Both the position numbers and the translations under genes were made by a program. This document shows, one piece after another, positions 27,914-37,530 of a stretch of 64,000 nucleotides of DNA. The DNA lies in IMG/VR virus record IMGVR_UViG_3300044630_002434, positions 55,712 to 119,711 of that record. One strand, written 5' to 3'. The notes beneath the pieces are model-generated. The model had not been told where the DNA came from. It was given only the letters and a program-made list of their open reading frames with translations, and made no database searches. This DNA comes from a virus. How positions within the stretch are numbered: position 1 is the first letter of the stretch; every line of letters starts with the position of its first letter.

Positions 27914-28213
27914 CTACAGCACCTTAAAATTAGTTATAGTTCGTAAAGGTATTCTTTTTTGGCTTCTAATAGTTGCTAGTTCTTTAGGGGATAAACCGCC
28001 CCAAACACCAAAAGTTTCGTGATGAATGCCCCATTTAGCGCAGTCCTCTATGTGAGTGCAGTTAGAGCATAACCTTTTAGCCAAATGCACATTAGTAAAA
28101 TTTGTATCTATTTGTTCAGGGTCATCTTCGTCTGCAGAATAAAAAAGGTCTCCACCAACTTCTCTACAAATAGGATTTTCAAATTCCCAAGGTTCGCGAA
28201 GTTTTTTACTCAA
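27914..28213 (-). CDS. whiB: WhiB-family regulator
   Basis: C...AKRLCSNC....DC, GVWGG. Confidence 0.9.
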   Translation of the reverse strand: MSKKLREPWEFENPICREVGGDLFYSADEDDPEQIDTNFTNVHLAKRLCSNCTHIEDCAKWGIHHETFGVWGGLSPKELATIRSQKRIPLRTITNFKVL

Positions 28214-28241
28214 GACCGTCCCGTTTCTGCTTTTAAAAAAT

Positions 28242-28553
28242 TTACTTACTACTTTCTACACTACCAACTTCATAACCGCAACCTGCATACCCAGCAATAT
28301 CAATCCATGTGTCAGGTTGGAAACCAGACTTTGAAGCATAACGCGCTAACTTTAAACCGACCATCATCATAGCAACGTCTTCTGAAGAAATTTCTGCTCC
28401 AACAATTACAGACCAAATTTTTGCAATGCGAGTAAAGTTTTCTTCTGGACCGCCATACTGTAAATCTCTATCTCCAGAAATAATTTTTGCTGCTTCACGT
28501 AGAGCCTCTACACGGGGAAGAACATTTTGCTCTTGAGGAACTTGCTCAGACAT
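28242..28553 (-). CDS. DUF6378-type protein
   Basis: GDR..YG.PE.NF.RIA..WS, DVA.MM..LK.AR, D.W.DIAGYA. Confidence 0.85.
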   Translation of the reverse strand: MSEQVPQEQNVLPRVEALREAAKIISGDRDLQYGGPEENFTRIAKIWSVIVGAEISSEDVAMMMVGLKLARYASKSGFQPDTWIDIAGYAGCGYEVGSVESSK

Positions 28554-28761
28554 CTCTACCTCTTACTATTACGGTCGCTTCGTAGTCGTTATCAGCAGAC
28601 ATATCTACATTTTCAACTACACTAATTTCATAATTAAATTTTGATTTTACTTCATCTATATCTAATTGAAAAAAATCAGAAATTCTATGCTCGGCAACTT
28701 CCATAAGTTCGTCGTGACTATCAGCGTAAACAGTGAATTTAAGAGTTGTTACAATACTCAT
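28546..28761 (-). CDS. hypothetical protein
   Basis: Coupled ORF. Confidence 0.65.
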   Translation of the reverse strand: MSIVTTLKFTVYADSHDELMEVAEHRISDFFQLDIDEVKSKFNYEISVVENVDMSADNDYEATVIVRGRDV

Positions 28762-29189
28762 AGGACCGCAACTAGTTTTTCTAGTTTATATGGAGAGTAG
28801 TGAGAGCCATCTAATACTGGTTCTTTTCCGTCTGTAGTTTTTATAATTATGTCTCCATAACGAACGGCTACTACACGACCACGTCTGCCGTTATGGAGTT
28901 GACCTAGTTCTCCTTCAAATGCATCTGCCATGACACGGACTTCATCTCCCACTCTAATAAAACCGGGACGCGCTGCTTCCCAAACTTCATCTGAAGGGGA
29001 CTCAACAATAGAGACGCTACAAGAAAGAAGAGAAAATAGTTGAGCAACTACGTAGTCATTTTTATCTTCGTGATTTAATGTTGACCAAACTTCTAGTAGT
29101 TTTACAACAGAAATTCCAACGTCAACAGGAACTTTTGCTTGCTCTAACTGGCTCTTAGCCCAATTAGTGTCTAGTTTTTTCATATACAT
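28758..29189 (-). CDS. hypothetical protein with SH3/KOW-like C-terminus
   Basis: VGDEVRV...GRRGRVVAVR. Confidence 0.7.
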   Translation of the reverse strand: MYMKKLDTNWAKSQLEQAKVPVDVGISVVKLLEVWSTLNHEDKNDYVVAQLFSLLSCSVSIVESPSDEVWEAARPGFIRVGDEVRVMADAFEGELGQLHNGRRGRVVAVRYGDIIIKTTDGKEPVLDGSHYSPYKLEKLVAVL

Positions 29190-29218
29190 ACCTCGCTAGT
29201 TGTTTTAATTTTAGTGTA

Positions 29219-30232
29219 TTAGTCGTTAAATATTGCTGACGAAACTCTCTCTAAAGTTTCTTCATAAGTATTAATTGCTTTTTTGTAGTCTTTTTCCTGA
29301 CTTATAGCAAGTTGAACCCTCTGGGAGTCAGACATATCTTCAATAGCATGACCAAGAACAGACCAAGAGTCCCCAAGATAGGATGTGTATCTCCAATCAG
29401 ACACCACAGGGGTCTTAACGCACAAGGATTGAGCAAGATTTACTGACCACCAAGGCTCATCATTTTTATATACTGAAATAAGAGAACCAATAGATTTGTT
29501 TAAATTAGATAAAACTGAAGAGTTACCTGCAGTTTTTGAGACAACCATAGGAGAGACTTCTCTAGATAAAGTTTTAGATATTTTAGATACCCAGGGAGTC
29601 TTGGTGTCATAAGACCAGCCAGAAACGTCTGACTTCATATACAGACCAGTGCTATTAAGATTCTTAAAAGTAATAGAGTCTAGGCACAATGGCTCTACTA
29701 AATCATCAGATAAATTAGATATGTGATTAGTGACATTAGAATTTTTAAACCAAGGAAAAGAAGGAACTATAGTAGAGTTCCAATTATTTTTATATAAATT
29801 ATCTACTACAGATTGAAGCCTTTCTAGTTCTTTGTGCTTGCTTGCATTAGAGAACTCGCTTCTACGAGAATAAAAATTTTTTACTAAGTCATCTGGATTC
29901 TGAGAGATAGCCCTGATACCGTTCCACAACTTATGAGGCTCTGGAGCATCAACTAAATACTTTAGATTAGTTACAGACTTAGCCCTATCAATAACTGACA
30001 AAGCACCATATAAACGATATGCAGTAATACTTGTAGGGGCTGTAAGACCAACAACAACCGTGTCATATTGGCTTAAATGTGCTTCTGTAAGTCGCATTGA
30101 TGGCGTGTCCCAAACAACTTCGTGACCTGCTTCTGTTAAAGATTGAACAAGTAGACCAGTAAATGTGGGAATTTTTTTAGCAACAGATGACGAAGTTTGA
30201 GCAGAACTACATCCAGTGATGAGCACTTTCAT
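29219..30232 (-). CDS. hypothetical protein, possible GT-B-fold glycosyltransferase
   Basis: MKVLITG...L..AGHEV Rossmann-like start, TPVVSD near the C-terminus; function uncertain. Confidence 0.5.
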   Translation of the reverse strand: MKVLITGCSSAQTSSSVAKKIPTFTGLLVQSLTEAGHEVVWDTPSMRLTEAHLSQYDTVVVGLTAPTSITAYRLYGALSVIDRAKSVTNLKYLVDAPEPHKLWNGIRAISQNPDDLVKNFYSRRSEFSNASKHKELERLQSVVDNLYKNNWNSTIVPSFPWFKNSNVTNHISNLSDDLVEPLCLDSITFKNLNSTGLYMKSDVSGWSYDTKTPWVSKISKTLSREVSPMVVSKTAGNSSVLSNLNKSIGSLISVYKNDEPWWSVNLAQSLCVKTPVVSDWRYTSYLGDSWSVLGHAIEDMSDSQRVQLAISQEKDYKKAINTYEETLERVSSAIFND

Positions 30233-30321
30233 ATTTGTAACCTATCTCGTTTCTATAGTTTGTGGACTAATAAGAAAACCTTCCAACTTTCGCTGGAAGG
30301 CAATCTTACTAAGCCAAAGAC

Positions 30322-30852
30322 TTAGAACGGTGCTGACGGCGCAGCAGGTGCTGGCGCTGGAGCAGGTGCTGGCGCTGGAGCAGGTGCAGGAGCAGGTGAT
30401 GCCTGAGCCTGTTCTGCAGCCCAAGGGTCTGTAGTAGGGGTTGCTGACTGAGCAGAGAAGTAACGCTTAATTTCGTTCTTCTTATTGCCTTGCCATACAC
30501 GACTACCAACCTGTGCACGGAATGCACGACCGCGAAGAGCCTGTTCAATTTGAGCATTGCTTGGACCTTGGTCAAAGAAATCTTTGCCAATACCAAGTGC
30601 TGACATCTTCGAGAAGAAAATACCAAGTGCGCTTGGGTTGTCTGTAGTTACAACTAGGTTGTCCCAAACAAGACGCTTGTTGTGTGGTCCACCCTGAACT
30701 TCAGCCTTAACTGAGAACATAGTTTTACCTGATTGAGTTTGCTTTGCAACGCCCTCAAGGACTACCAAGTCGTAATCACCGTCTGGTAGTGGTTCGTATG
30801 ATGATGTTTCTCCAGCCTCTTTAATGAGGTCTGACCAGTTTAAGGTACTCAT
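30322..30852 (-). CDS. ssDNA-binding protein (DUF669-like)
   Basis: YEPLPDGDY, SGKTM, VWDNL, KNEIKR; (PA)n-PF tail; next to Sak4. Confidence 0.85.
   Translation of the reverse strand: MSTLNWSDLIKEAGETSSYEPLPDGDYDLVVLEGVAKQTQSGKTMFSVKAEVQGGPHNKRLVWDNLVVTTDNPSALGIFFSKMSALGIGKDFFDQGPSNAQIEQALRGRAFRAQVGSRVWQGNKKNEIKRYFSAQSATPTTDPWAAEQAQASPAPAPAPAPAPAPAPAPAAPSAPF
30341..30400. repeat. tandem 6/18-nt repeats encoding (PA)n
   Basis: GCAGGTGCTGGCGCTGGA units. Confidence 0.85.
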
Positions 30853-30855
30853 ACC

Positions 30856-31635
30856 TTATCCTTCTTTCTTTGTGGTTTTGGTAGCCGATGCTACAGGTTG
30901 CTTCTCACCGAAAACAATGTCAAGCATACGTTCGATGGAAAGATTTTCTTGATGAACAGCAGAGCCAAGGCGACCTTGAACACGCTCTCCTGCTTCGTAC
31001 TGATTATTACGTTCTACATACATCTTACGAACTTTGTATGGAGGACTTAACGGGTCAGGATTAGGGACTTCCTCGGTCGTGATTGCCCCGAGAATGTCGT
31101 AGAAGTATGGAGCCTGAATTGCTAACTGACCCTGCAAGTAAGGACGCATACGTCCATCTTGACCTGTACGAGCCATTGCAGTTAAGACTACTGCTTCTAG
31201 TGGATTAGTTGCGTGCATAGTTAAATCACGAAGGTCGCGTAGAAGACCGCCCATGTGACGAAGTAATTCGCCCCATTGTTGCATCTTCATTTGCTCGCTA
31301 CCTGCAATACTATCTACACACTTAACTTGAAGTTCTGAGATTGAGTCAATAATCAAACTCTTGAACTGATGCTTACCGCTCTGAAGCCACTGATATGCCT
31401 TGATTACATCTTGATAATCTCGAACTTGTACGACACATGTGTCCCAAGTTCCATCTGCTACTGGTGGCTCCTCTCGGAGTGGGTCCCAATATTTAACGAT
31501 GATAGGGAGGAATCTATGTCCACCCTCAACGTCAAGCATTAGGCGCGGATACGGCGCGGTGACCGCAAAAGTGGACTTTCCAACTTTTGACTCACCGTAG
31601 ACCATAACTGTTAGTGAACGCTGAATGTCACTCAT
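30856..31635 (-). CDS. Sak4-like AAA ATPase / ssDNA-annealing protein
   Basis: YGESKVGKST, LDVEGG, IIDSISE. Confidence 0.85.
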   Translation of the reverse strand: MSDIQRSLTVMVYGESKVGKSTFAVTAPYPRLMLDVEGGHRFLPIIVKYWDPLREEPPVADGTWDTCVVQVRDYQDVIKAYQWLQSGKHQFKSLIIDSISELQVKCVDSIAGSEQMKMQQWGELLRHMGGLLRDLRDLTMHATNPLEAVVLTAMARTGQDGRMRPYLQGQLAIQAPYFYDILGAITTEEVPNPDPLSPPYKVRKMYVERNNQYEAGERVQGRLGSAVHQENLSIERMLDIVFGEKQPVASATKTTKKEG

Positions 31636-31638
31636 AAG

Positions 31639-32565
31639 TTAATCGCTACCTTTCTTGTCATTTTCGTAATATGAATAGGGGTCTCCCTCTTCAAACATTT
31701 CTGTCAATGCTTGTTCTCCTGCACTTCCATCGTCAAATAGAGTACATACAGTAAAGAACTGACACTTCCACTTACAGTCACGAGTCGCATGAGGATACGC
31801 AACTGATGCATGGCTTGTACCTTCGTCAAGTGCTGTACGCACTCGCATTAGGTCTGCAATAGTACCGTGAATACGGTCCCAGAAAGAACGCATCGTAAAG
31901 ATGTTGTGCCTTACTTCAATCTGGTCATAAAACGGTGGTTTTGCCGAAGCAGTACGCTTTACTTTCTTGAGCATGGTAAAGATACCACCCTCTGAGCGTT
32001 CTCCCTCTTTATTCTGGAAAGATTCCAGAAGCATATATGTCATTACTTGCTCGTTCATTGGAGCAAGATTTGCAAAGTCTGAAAGTGAACCACCAACAGT
32101 TTTAAAGTCACGGAACATACGAACATTGTCAATCTTGCGACGGACACGCATATCCAACTTACCTTGAAGTTCTACTTCACCATTGAATAGAGGAGCAATA
32201 ATTGTCTCTTCTGTAGAAATCATTTCTAGTTCAGAGTCAATACCATTTTCTTCAACCCACTGCTCATAACCCTCAAGCATAATACGACCTAGTTCGGCTT
32301 CACCATCAAGAGTGTCAGTGTCGCGAAACTCTGAAATAAGAGTCTCTCTATCAAGGTCAACTAATCGAGAATGAGCCTTTAATAAAGGAACACCATTTGC
32401 ATAGTGGTCGTCAAGTGCAGCGTGGATACGAGAACCTAATGCAAGAGCACCTGTGTAGTCTTGATTACGAGGCTTGAGTCTACGGTAGTAAGTAAACCAC
32501 CACCGTCTACGGCAATCTTTAAATGTTTGAATCTCTGAATTAGAGAGTCTAACTATTCCTGTCAT
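31639..32565 (-). CDS. Cas4/AddB-like PD-(D/E)XK exonuclease with Fe-S cysteines
   Basis: N-terminal C, GSRIH, GKLD...DFKT, C-terminal CxxxCxxxxxC. Confidence 0.88.
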   Translation of the reverse strand: MTGIVRLSNSEIQTFKDCRRRWWFTYYRRLKPRNQDYTGALALGSRIHAALDDHYANGVPLLKAHSRLVDLDRETLISEFRDTDTLDGEAELGRIMLEGYEQWVEENGIDSELEMISTEETIIAPLFNGEVELQGKLDMRVRRKIDNVRMFRDFKTVGGSLSDFANLAPMNEQVMTYMLLESFQNKEGERSEGGIFTMLKKVKRTASAKPPFYDQIEVRHNIFTMRSFWDRIHGTIADLMRVRTALDEGTSHASVAYPHATRDCKWKCQFFTVCTLFDDGSAGEQALTEMFEEGDPYSYYENDKKGSD

Positions 32566-32586
32566 TATTCCGTCCTTATGTAGTCT

Positions 32587-34392
32587 TTACAACTTACCTG
32601 ATTTGTCTTGCTTTAGCAAGTCAAGTAATTTTGCTTTGTCGTGAACAATCTGCTCAAAGTTATCTGCCTTAGTTTCAAGAACTTGAAGCACTCGTTCTTC
32701 AATAGTTCCTTCAGTCACATAGTCAGTAATAATTACTGAGTCGTGAATCTCTGAACCAATACGGTGCACACGGTCCATTGCTTGTTTGTGGTCAACTAGT
32801 GACCACGGACGTTGAAGCATAATCAAGCGACGAGCAGCAGTAAGAGTTACACCCACGCCACCAGCCTGAGCAGTAAACAGAATCCACTTAATTCGACCAG
32901 ACTGGAAATCATCAATAGCCTGTTGGCGTTCATCTTCATCCTGAGCACCAGTAATCAAACCGTGTTGGATGTCAGCCTTTGTTAAAGCCTTGCTTAGAAG
33001 TTCAATTAACTGGCGTGATACAGCGCAAACGGCTACAGAGTCGTCTCCAAAGTCACCGTTTTTAATGTCGTCCATAAGTGAGTCAACCTTACAAGAAGGC
33101 TCTGACAAAACTGCACTAGGTTCTCCAGTAGTTTCGTTGACAACCATGTCAGCATAAGAACTAGCAAACTGAAGTAGTCGTATCGTCTGAGTAAGAACAC
33201 TTGGTGCAGACAACGCTTCACCAGATTCAAGTTCAGCAATCATATGGTCACGCATTTGTTCGTAAGCCTTCTTTTGCTTAGTAGACATTTCTATATCGCG
33301 ACGCTCATTTACTACATCTGGAAGCCAAGGCAAAACGCGAGCCTTAAGCATACGACGCATGTGGTGACTAATTGTTTTTTGGAATTCTTCTTCCATATGA
33401 GGCTTCACACCAATAACCATCATGCCACCAAAAGCATTCATCATAGTGTCAATCATTCGGTCAATCCATTTAGTTTTAGAAGACCAGTCTTCAGGAGAAA
33501 GCCAATGAAGAATAGACCACATATCAACAACATTATTTGCTATTGGAGTTCCTGTAAGAGCAAAACGAATTTTTGCATCTCCAGTTGCAGACCAAAGCGC
33601 ACGGGTCTGCTTAGACTTAGGGTCTTTAGAACGATGAATCTCATCTGCAACTACAGACTTAAAATCAATCTGGTTTAGTTCTCTTTCGTGTACCTCACAA
33701 CGATTCAAAGAAACTCTTTCGTCGTGACCGCCACAAGCAGAGCAACGCGCTAAAGCAATAGAACCATAAGGAGCAAGCCTTGAGTGAGTACGCAAAGATT
33801 CCCAGTTAATAATGTATACATCTGCTGGGGTATCGAACTGCTTCTTACGCTGAGTAGTAGTTCCCTTAATTACTTGTGTAGTTACTTCGGGATACCAGCG
33901 AGCAAACTCTCGTGCCCAGTTCTTTTTTAGAGTGTTTGGGCAAACAATAAGAGCAGGAAATGAGTCCTCGCCTTGTTCCTTAAGTTCCTTAAGTGCGCGA
34001 ATAGCCTGAGCAGTCTTACCTAAGCCCGGCTCGTCAGCAAGCAAAGCACGCTTTGCAGTTGCTAAAAACTTAACGCCAGCACGCTGATGAGGAAATAGGT
34101 CCTCGTTCTTTGGGTCAGCAAACTCTTCTAAGTCACGCAACTCGTTTGCTGGGGCGATACGGGAAGTTAGTTGAGTATTAGCCCAACCAGTGAGGTCCTC
34201 ATTAATTATTAAATCATCACGGAATGTAGAACGTAAGGCTAAGCAACTAGACCAACTAAGTGGGATACGCCAAACTTGGTCCGAAGCAGACCAAGAAGAA
34301 CCTGGAATGCTTTTACATAATTCTTTATACCGCCACTCAACATCTAAACGAATATGTTTTCCGCTAGGGTCAAGACTTGCTGTTACTGGCAT
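32587..34392 (-). CDS. SNF2-family helicase
   Basis: LADEPGLGKT, DEIH, LTGTP, GGVGVTL, QAMDRVHRIG. Confidence 0.95.
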   Translation of the reverse strand: MPVTASLDPSGKHIRLDVEWRYKELCKSIPGSSWSASDQVWRIPLSWSSCLALRSTFRDDLIINEDLTGWANTQLTSRIAPANELRDLEEFADPKNEDLFPHQRAGVKFLATAKRALLADEPGLGKTAQAIRALKELKEQGEDSFPALIVCPNTLKKNWAREFARWYPEVTTQVIKGTTTQRKKQFDTPADVYIINWESLRTHSRLAPYGSIALARCSACGGHDERVSLNRCEVHERELNQIDFKSVVADEIHRSKDPKSKQTRALWSATGDAKIRFALTGTPIANNVVDMWSILHWLSPEDWSSKTKWIDRMIDTMMNAFGGMMVIGVKPHMEEEFQKTISHHMRRMLKARVLPWLPDVVNERRDIEMSTKQKKAYEQMRDHMIAELESGEALSAPSVLTQTIRLLQFASSYADMVVNETTGEPSAVLSEPSCKVDSLMDDIKNGDFGDDSVAVCAVSRQLIELLSKALTKADIQHGLITGAQDEDERQQAIDDFQSGRIKWILFTAQAGGVGVTLTAARRLIMLQRPWSLVDHKQAMDRVHRIGSEIHDSVIITDYVTEGTIEERVLQVLETKADNFEQIVHDKAKLLDLLKQDKSGKL

Positions 34393-34477
34393 TTTTTTCC
34401 TTCTTCGATGTCATTTTGTCCGTAGAGAGATACTAGCACATATTTTGTTAAATGCAATAATTTCTTGCTAGTACTTT

Positions 34478-34948
34478 TTATTGTAGTAGTTGTCTTGGTA
34501 TCCAGCCAGTCTTAACTAGTCTTAGTAATCCATGCCTAATTGCATCATTAGCATGACCTTCTCCGCTTTTGTGCCAGTATTTAAGTGTTTTTAAGGCTTC
34601 GTTTGGGAACATTTTCTTTGCATCAGCAGGGCTTTGCCAAAAAATACCTTCTCGGTCTAAGCCAAAATCTTGAAGGATTTGCTTAAGAACACCAATTTGT
34701 TCCAAACTGTACGGCGCTTGAGAATTTCTAACAGTTTGAGCATTAATTGTAAATTTTTCGCATACTACGCTAAATGTATCGTATTCATATCCAATATCTT
34801 CTAGTATTTTTCTAACGACATTGGCAAATTCTTCAGGCTGTACTTCACATGAATATAAAATTTCTGGCTCTTTGTTAGTTGTCATAGATAGCAAAGCAAC
34901 TCCTGTTGCTTTTCCAGGGTCTACTGATAAAACATATTTAGTTTGCAT
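34478..34948 (-). CDS. RuvC-like Holliday junction resolvase
   Basis: SVDPGKATG, VCE, HANDA. Confidence 0.8.
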   Translation of the reverse strand: MQTKYVLSVDPGKATGVALLSMTTNKEPEILYSCEVQPEEFANVVRKILEDIGYEYDTFSVVCEKFTINAQTVRNSQAPYSLEQIGVLKQILQDFGLDREGIFWQSPADAKKMFPNEALKTLKYWHKSGEGHANDAIRHGLLRLVKTGWIPRQLLQ

Positions 34949-36776
34949 ATTTAACTCCCCAATTTTCCATTGGTCCATCTATACCTGAGGTGAGCGGAAC
35001 TGCCCATCCTTCAGTTGTTGTCATACATTGTTGAACGGTACGCATTACTTCCTCAACTTGGTCTCGCGGACAGTTAAGAACAATTTCATCGTGCACAGGA
35101 ACAATTAAAAGTTCTGTTAAATCTGCTTGGTCAAGTTTGATTAAGTTTGACTTAAAGACTTCAGCAGCGCCACCCTGAATAAGATAATTTGTCAAAGTGT
35201 AAGTGCGGTCATCATCGCAGGGTAGACGGCGACCAGTCCAAGTGTGAACATAGCCTTGACCTTCAGAACGAAGACGGCGCATACCAATGTCTTCAATTTT
35301 TTTCTGGAAAGAAATCATTCCCGGATAGTTGAGGTCAAACGAATCGGAAACCGCTCGCATCTGAGATTCTGGTACGCCAGCAGTAAGTGCTTGTTTAGCC
35401 ACACCAGCGCCATACAAACGACCGTAAACAACACCCTTAATAAGGTTGCGTCGCTTGTCCGAGCGAGACATATTAGGTTCTTGATAAACCTCACGACCAA
35501 TTTCAGTAAACGGGTCAGAGCCAGTTGCATCAGAGCGGTGGAAAAGATGAATTAAGTTCGGGTCTTGAGACAACGAAGCAAACATACGAAACTCAACTTG
35601 GTCAAGGTCAGAAGTCACAATAACGTGGTCATCATCTTTAGGTAAGAACGCGGTACGAACTACATCGTCACCCTTTGGAAGAGTCTGAAGTGCTGGGTCA
35701 GTAATAGACATACGACCAGTACGCGCACCCATAGTCTTTACGGATGGGTGGACAAACCCATCTACGTTTTTGTTAATAAAGTTAAGAAAATAACTTCCAG
35801 CAATTTTGTCTGCTTTTCTTTGTTTTAGAGCAGTTGCTGCTAGTTCTTTTACTTCGTCATTTCCTGTAATAGTAAGAAGTTTAAGTTGGTCTTTGGTTAC
35901 TGCTTTATTTCCTGTAGGAGTGAACTCAGTGATTTCAGCGCCAAGACTCTCAAACAAACGAACCAACTGCATATTGCTAGTTATAGAAGTTCCGTTGTAT
36001 GTCTTTTTACACCAATCTTTGACCGATTCGGTGTAGTCAGACAGTTCTTGGTATTTACGTCTTGAGTACTCAACATTTACGCGAGCGCCGTTGATTTCCA
36101 TGCGCGTTACAATTTTTCGCGCTGCCATTTCAATTTCATAGGCTCTGTTGTATGGACCCTGTGGACCACATTGCTCATAAAACTGCTCCCACAAACGCAT
36201 TGTTAGAACAGTATCGAGAGCGCCATAAGACCAGTAAGGTTGAAAGTTTGTAGGAACAGTTCCCCAAGTCCAACCATTCTGAGAAAGAGAAACATCAAGA
36301 GTGTCTTGTAACGCCACTGCGCGAGGGTCTACATAACGCGAAGCCAAACGCTTAAGAGCGCCAGAGCCTAGTGGGTCAATAATCTGAGCCATAATCATTG
36401 TGTCGTGAGCACGATGCCAAGGCATATCCCACTTTGAGTTGACAGCAAACCAACGCGCCTCAAAAGCAATATTGTGGCACACAATCTGTCCTTCATATCG
36501 GCTCATCGCCTCATAGAAGACACCAGACCATTCAAGCCAAGGAATAGACCAACCTTGTTCACCATCGCCAACTTGAACTAAACGAATATCTCCATGCCAA
36601 GGAGAAAGCGCATCAGAGCGTTCACCGCCACGGCGTTCGCCAGTTTCAATATCAACTGCAACAGCATCGTATGGACGACGTTGCCCAAGCCAAGTTAAAA
36701 ATTCAGAAGCCTTTTCTACAGAGTCAACTAAATGTAGTTGTACTTTAGAAAGGTCTGTCGTTTGTATTTCTGTCAT
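34938..36776 (-). CDS. polA: family A DNA polymerase with 3'-5' exonuclease
   Basis: DIET, HN..FE, TGRMS, DLDQVEFR, KGVVYGRLYG, IQG.AA, VHDE. Confidence 0.97.
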   Translation of the reverse strand: MTEIQTTDLSKVQLHLVDSVEKASEFLTWLGQRRPYDAVAVDIETGERRGGERSDALSPWHGDIRLVQVGDGEQGWSIPWLEWSGVFYEAMSRYEGQIVCHNIAFEARWFAVNSKWDMPWHRAHDTMIMAQIIDPLGSGALKRLASRYVDPRAVALQDTLDVSLSQNGWTWGTVPTNFQPYWSYGALDTVLTMRLWEQFYEQCGPQGPYNRAYEIEMAARKIVTRMEINGARVNVEYSRRKYQELSDYTESVKDWCKKTYNGTSITSNMQLVRLFESLGAEITEFTPTGNKAVTKDQLKLLTITGNDEVKELAATALKQRKADKIAGSYFLNFINKNVDGFVHPSVKTMGARTGRMSITDPALQTLPKGDDVVRTAFLPKDDDHVIVTSDLDQVEFRMFASLSQDPNLIHLFHRSDATGSDPFTEIGREVYQEPNMSRSDKRRNLIKGVVYGRLYGAGVAKQALTAGVPESQMRAVSDSFDLNYPGMISFQKKIEDIGMRRLRSEGQGYVHTWTGRRLPCDDDRTYTLTNYLIQGGAAEVFKSNLIKLDQADLTELLIVPVHDEIVLNCPRDQVEEVMRTVQQCMTTTEGWAVPLTSGIDGPMENWGVKYAN

Positions 36777-36795
36777 TTTGTATTGTCCTTGCTAG

Positions 36796-37269
36796 TTAAG
36801 GAATAATTTCTACCTTATAAACCTGTTCTATTTTTTTGTCTTTTTTAGAAGCATCTTCTAAAAGTCTTTGTGCAACCTTTGTAAGATATCTTGCCCCACC
36901 ATCATCATATTTGTAAAGCGCTTCAAGAACTGCTTCTGGGTCGTCAGAAACTTGAGCCCAAGTACGGTTCTTTTCAGGGAAAACTACTGGGACTCCAACA
37001 AGAGTTGGGACGCACTCTTCGCAACCAACTGCATCTTCAACAATAGAGTTAGTTGAAACTTCAACTAATCCGTATTTTCTGACAAGTGGGCAAACAGAGC
37101 CATGATAAACAAGTGAAACACCGATGCGAGAAAGGACATAAGAACCATTATCTGTTTGATACAAGGCAAACTCAATCCAACGAGTAGAACCTTTACGCCA
37201 AGAAGTCGATTCTCCGAGAAGTCTGCCGTTAAATTGCAGAGTTCTAGAACCGTCTTTTACTTCATACAT
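36796..37269 (-). CDS. hypothetical protein
   Basis: GGAG upstream; H..C...C..C. Confidence 0.7.
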   Translation of the reverse strand: MYEVKDGSRTLQFNGRLLGESTSWRKGSTRWIEFALYQTDNGSYVLSRIGVSLVYHGSVCPLVRKYGLVEVSTNSIVEDAVGCEECVPTLVGVPVVFPEKNRTWAQVSDDPEAVLEALYKYDDGGARYLTKVAQRLLEDASKKDKKIEQVYKVEIIP

Positions 37270-37271
37270 CT

Positions 37272-37514
37272 TTACTCCGCAGGTGGAGTTGGCTCAGGAT
37301 GCGTCCATGAATCATCTTCATTAAGAATAGAGCCAATGTTTACATAAACATATTCTGGAAGGTCTCGACCATTTTCGTCTTGAGAGCCTTCAGCATTTTT
37401 AGGATGCGCCATTAAAGATAAACCTTCGCCAGGATTATATTCTGCAACACCATCATAAACAATAATGTTTACAACTTTGTTGTTTTCATTTAGCACTAAG
37501 TACTTATCACTCAT
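37272..37514 (-). CDS. small tail-fibre-associated protein
   Basis: NKVVNIIV...IG...W..P pattern typical after Gly-rich fibre genes. Confidence 0.6.
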   Translation of the reverse strand: MSDKYLVLNENNKVVNIIVYDGVAEYNPGEGLSLMAHPKNAEGSQDENGRDLPEYVYVNIGSILNEDDSWTHPEPTPPAE

Positions 37515-37530
37515 CTTTTGTCCTTATCTC

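Noticed and set aside
31639-32565. Cas4-like nuclease as evidence of CRISPR-Cas
   Set aside because: It sits in the Sak4/SSB recombination module; no cas1/cas2 or array
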